Positions 51,971 through 54,768 of a stretch of 54,768 nucleotides of DNA are shown one piece after another. Both the position numbers and the translations under genes were made by a program. The stretch spans positions 1 to 54,768 of the forward strand of contig JBDKTL010000014.1 of assembly GCA_039698055.1 (NCBI GenBank), in the 5' to 3' direction. This DNA comes from Methanoregula sp. Its GTDB lineage: Archaea; Halobacteriota; Methanomicrobia; Methanomicrobiales; Methanospirillaceae. Each line of letters opens with the position of its first letter. The first letter of the stretch is position 1. Below the pieces are notes generated by a model, which saw only the letters and a program-made list of their open reading frames with translations, searched no databases and was not told the origin of the DNA.

Positions 51971-52274
51971 TTCATGCATCCGGGTAAAACCCGTGCAAAG
52001 AACATGATCATCGATGTCTTTTGGTGTACACACGAAAACCTGTGGATTTTTTTCATGCCGGATATTGTACATGGATGTCGGTGCCTGCAGGGAACACGCA
52101 AGTTATGTTCTGTGGAGGTATCCTGAACCGGTATTTTTACGGCACTATATTCGGTTCCTGACGGAGGAGCCCCTTGGATATTGTTTACCCGTGATCAATG
52201 ATTGATCCGGATCATGCACACATTTTATCAATAACCCTGCTGCCAAACCCTGGAAAACGGAAAAAAAGAAAGAT

Positions 52275-52682
52275 TCACCCTGCATGATAGCACGAGGACT
52301 TCAGCACTTCAACTGTGGTCGGCGAGCACATCGCTTCATGGAAGACCTCTTTTACGACCGACATTGCACAGTATTTAACCTGCACGCGGGCGGACATCCG
52401 CTCCCTTTCCTCAAAAAATGAACCGTGTGAGAACTCCACCATCCGCTTCATGGAGATGCTTGACGAGAGAACAAGGACACAAATCCCGGCATCCCCGGGT
52501 CCCAGATCCTCAATATCGGTTGATGTCATGAAGAGATGAGTGTCAGGTGAAGGTTCGACTTCGGCTACCGTGACGATATTATGAGTACTCTGGAGTTCGA
52601 TAGTCCGGGGTCTTCCCGTTTTGATCTCCCGGATAAGTTCGGGAGCAATACCGGTTAATGCAGCACATCTCATATATCTCAC
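52275..52682 (-). CDS. DUF473 family protein
   Basis: ALTGI....I.E....RTIELQS.HN and ERE...ARV motifs; overlaps the PAC2 stop. Confidence 0.82.
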   Translation of the reverse strand: MRYMRCAALTGIAPELIREIKTGRPRTIELQSTHNIVTVAEVEPSPDTHLFMTSTDIEDLGPGDAGICVLVLSSSISMKRMVEFSHGSFFEERERMSARVQVKYCAMSVVKEVFHEAMCSPTTVEVLKSSCYHAG

Positions 52683-53476
52683 CCGTACATCGGAAGATCT
52701 TTTCGCGGAGAAGTTTCTGCCGACTGCTGGACTTCTTCCGAAATTTTGTTCATGCTCTGCTCGATTTCCGTCGCCTGTTCAAGCAGCGGTTTGACATCAA
52801 GTGCGAGGTTGTACATCTTATTGAGCACCTCGATCGTGGCTGCTGATGAACGCGGGTCCGGGGCATTCACGGTCTCCCCCAGCAGACCATATGCCGGGAT
52901 ACCCCGGATCTTGCACTCTGTCAGGATGCTTGACGCGATGCCGGATATGCTCCCGATAGGCAGAACAAGTGTCTTGTCTTCGATCCGCTTGAGTGCTTCA
53001 GTTGTCGTTGCGACGCCAAATACCCGTTTGTCTGGTTCGTTTGTGACGATACCGGCGATCGTGAGCACTTCCCGGGGTTTGAACTGTTCGACCCAGTCCA
53101 GTATCCCGTTTGACATCTCGTAGCAGATCATCGGGTGGATCGGGATATCGGCCACGATTGCGGCAATATCGTTCTTCAGGTACACCCGCACCGGGTCGTT
53201 GATTACGCCTTTGTTCATCATCGCAAGCGGTGGGAAGAACTTGGAAGTCATCGTGCCGATCAGGTCAAACTCCAGCTGGTCGACCATGTACTGGAGTGCA
53301 ATTGTCCCCACAAGTCCGCTTCCGGGAAAGCCCATCAGTACCGCTGCACCTTCAGCGGGAAGAGGCTTTGAAAAAATATTCAGATCCTTTTTTTGTTTGA
53401 GATCGACAAGATCCTGGTGAACCTGTTCGACTTTGGAAAGGATCTTATTATGGTAATCTGAAGACTCATCCGTCAT
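52679..53476 (-). CDS. PAC2 family proteasome assembly chaperone-like protein (TIGR00161 type) with C-terminal HbYX (MYG)
   Basis: GFPGSGLVGTIA, LLGET...PDPRSSA and L..QA.EIE motifs; ends PMYG. Confidence 0.9.
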   Translation of the reverse strand: MTDESSDYHNKILSKVEQVHQDLVDLKQKKDLNIFSKPLPAEGAAVLMGFPGSGLVGTIALQYMVDQLEFDLIGTMTSKFFPPLAMMNKGVINDPVRVYLKNDIAAIVADIPIHPMICYEMSNGILDWVEQFKPREVLTIAGIVTNEPDKRVFGVATTTEALKRIEDKTLVLPIGSISGIASSILTECKIRGIPAYGLLGETVNAPDPRSSAATIEVLNKMYNLALDVKPLLEQATEIEQSMNKISEEVQQSAETSPRKDLPMYG

Positions 53477-53510
53477 TAGATTAACATATACATACTACCT
53501 AAAAAATAGT

Positions 53511-53822
53511 ATGCAGGAATATCCCATCAAGAGAGGTCTCACAAAAGACCTTGAAACCCGTATCCCGGCTGAACTGAAAACCCATTTTGGCATGGAACCG
53601 GAAAAAACCGGCGCTACGTATCACGTGAAATATGGCGCGCTGAAGCGGCTTGAAGCGACATGCGGAAAAGACGGCAAGAGTGTCATAATCAATACTGAGT
53701 CCGATTTGACCGCAAATGATGAGACCATCATCGACACCAACAGGCGGTTCCGGAAATTTCTTGACGGGATAACGGGTTTCTCGACAAAAGAACGCGTGAA
53801 GCGGGCAAAGACTCCCGAGTAA
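53511..53822 (+). CDS. DUF5611 family archaeal conserved protein
   Basis: MQEYPIKRG, YGAL and FL...TGFS.KER.K motifs. Confidence 0.8.
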   Translation: MQEYPIKRGLTKDLETRIPAELKTHFGMEPEKTGATYHVKYGALKRLEATCGKDGKSVIINTESDLTANDETIIDTNRRFRKFLDGITGFSTKERVKRAKTPE

Positions 53823-53955
53823 TAACCTTTTTTGGCAAACTGTATAGAAATATTGAATCAGGTTAACCAAATTCTCTCCCGTGTATGTGGGGCGTACAAG
53901 TGGGGTGCATGTACCATCCCCATCTACATATCCTGAAGAATATGTATCTCCCTGT

Positions 53956-54768
53956 CTATGGTGGATCTTTTGGCATTTTCGTGGTGATATACCATGCGTG
54001 GATGGCAAGCAGGAGATAGACCGGGAACAGCAGGGTATAAGAATTTGTATCCCCTTCCATCCTGAAGATCCAGACGGTTGCCATCACGTCGATCTGGAAG
54101 ATCATCGTCCCCCACCATTTGCCAAGGTACCCATATCCCAGTCCCGGGAGGAGAAAGTTGAGGAATCCTGCTACCAGCGGGTTTTTTGTTGTCTGGGGCC
54201 GTTTTGAAAGTCCTCGCGGGAGATAGGTAAGGGCGATCCCGCATTTAGGCGATGCAAGAACAGTATTCCACCGGACCTCCCGGTTTTCATCGCCCAGTGA
54301 TTTCATGAGGGCCGGGATAGCTGACGGATCGTGGATTGCCCCCATCAGTTCGACTGCTTTTATCCTGACCTTGCTGTCACGATCCCGAAGAAGTCCGGCC
54401 AGAGCCGGGATGGCAGGTTTTCCGATCTCCTTTGTTGCATTCCACTCCTGCATCCCGGCAAAATAATATGCCCTCTCTGCTGGATCCAAGGGTTTCCAGC
54501 CGAGTTTTGCAAGAGAAAATGCCGCCCCGTATCGCACGTATTTATCCGGGTCCCTGAGTGCATGCTGCAACGGCCCGGTCGCTTCCTGGTCGTTAATCTC
54601 GCCAAGGGCAATGGCTGCCTGCCAGCGGACCTCGCTGTTCTCATCGGTAAGTGCACGTTTTAGTGGCGCAATGGATCGGGGGCTGCCAATCTCGGACAGT
54701 GCACCGATGATACCCAGTTTCACGGTTTTGTTGCGTGTCCCAAGTGCAGTTTCCAGTTTGTCAAGGGC
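53956..54768 (-). CDS. HEAT/PBS-lyase repeat protein with C-terminal TM2-like membrane domain, 5'-truncated by the window
   Basis: Repeated L.D....VR..AA..LG units; C-terminal NPLVAGFLNFLLPGLGYGYLG plus TM helices; frame open to the window end. Confidence 0.85.
   Translation of the reverse strand, partial: ALDKLETALGTRNKTVKLGIIGALSEIGSPRSIAPLKRALTDENSEVRWQAAIALGEINDQEATGPLQHALRDPDKYVRYGAAFSLAKLGWKPLDPAERAYYFAGMQEWNATKEIGKPAIPALAGLLRDRDSKVRIKAVELMGAIHDPSAIPALMKSLGDENREVRWNTVLASPKCGIALTYLPRGLSKRPQTTKNPLVAGFLNFLLPGLGYGYLGKWWGTMIFQIDVMATVWIFRMEGDTNSYTLLFPVYLLLAIHAWYITTKMPKDPP

Overview
Core-genome window from a methanogenic archaeon, most likely Methanomicrobiales (Methanoregula-like). The lineage is inferred from the split rpoB''/B'/A'/A'', egsA, the ferredoxin-GGR pair, the many PAS/REC proteins and the PEGA/COG1361 surface proteins. 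It carries two conserved information-processing clusters: elp3-priS-GINS-rpl44e-rps27e-aIF2alpha-nop10-PAC2 and tRNA-Lys-rpoH-B''-B'-A'-A''-rpl30e-nusA. It also has proS, ether-lipid genes, an EndoQ-family PHP nuclease, rnhB, a bacterial-type PfkA, SPFH/NfeD, a PurS-PurS-PurL fusion plus purQ, a COG1361-RND-COG1361 cluster, three tRNAs (Pro-GGG, Lys-TTT, Arg-TCT) and several orphan signalling genes. Read directly from the DNA and absent from the ORF track: Nop10, a 2x[4Fe-4S] ferredoxin, the probable left end of an IS481-like element at the window start, and a stranded second copy of the site-2 protease C-terminus. The best candidate for an undescribed system is a kinase-less, GTPase-less roadblock + tandem REC module with a shared unrecognised output domain (26581-29041). 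The COG1361-RND-COG1361 cluster is second. No CRISPR array, rRNA, intein or prophage was seen. All family assignments are by motif recognition; no searches were run.
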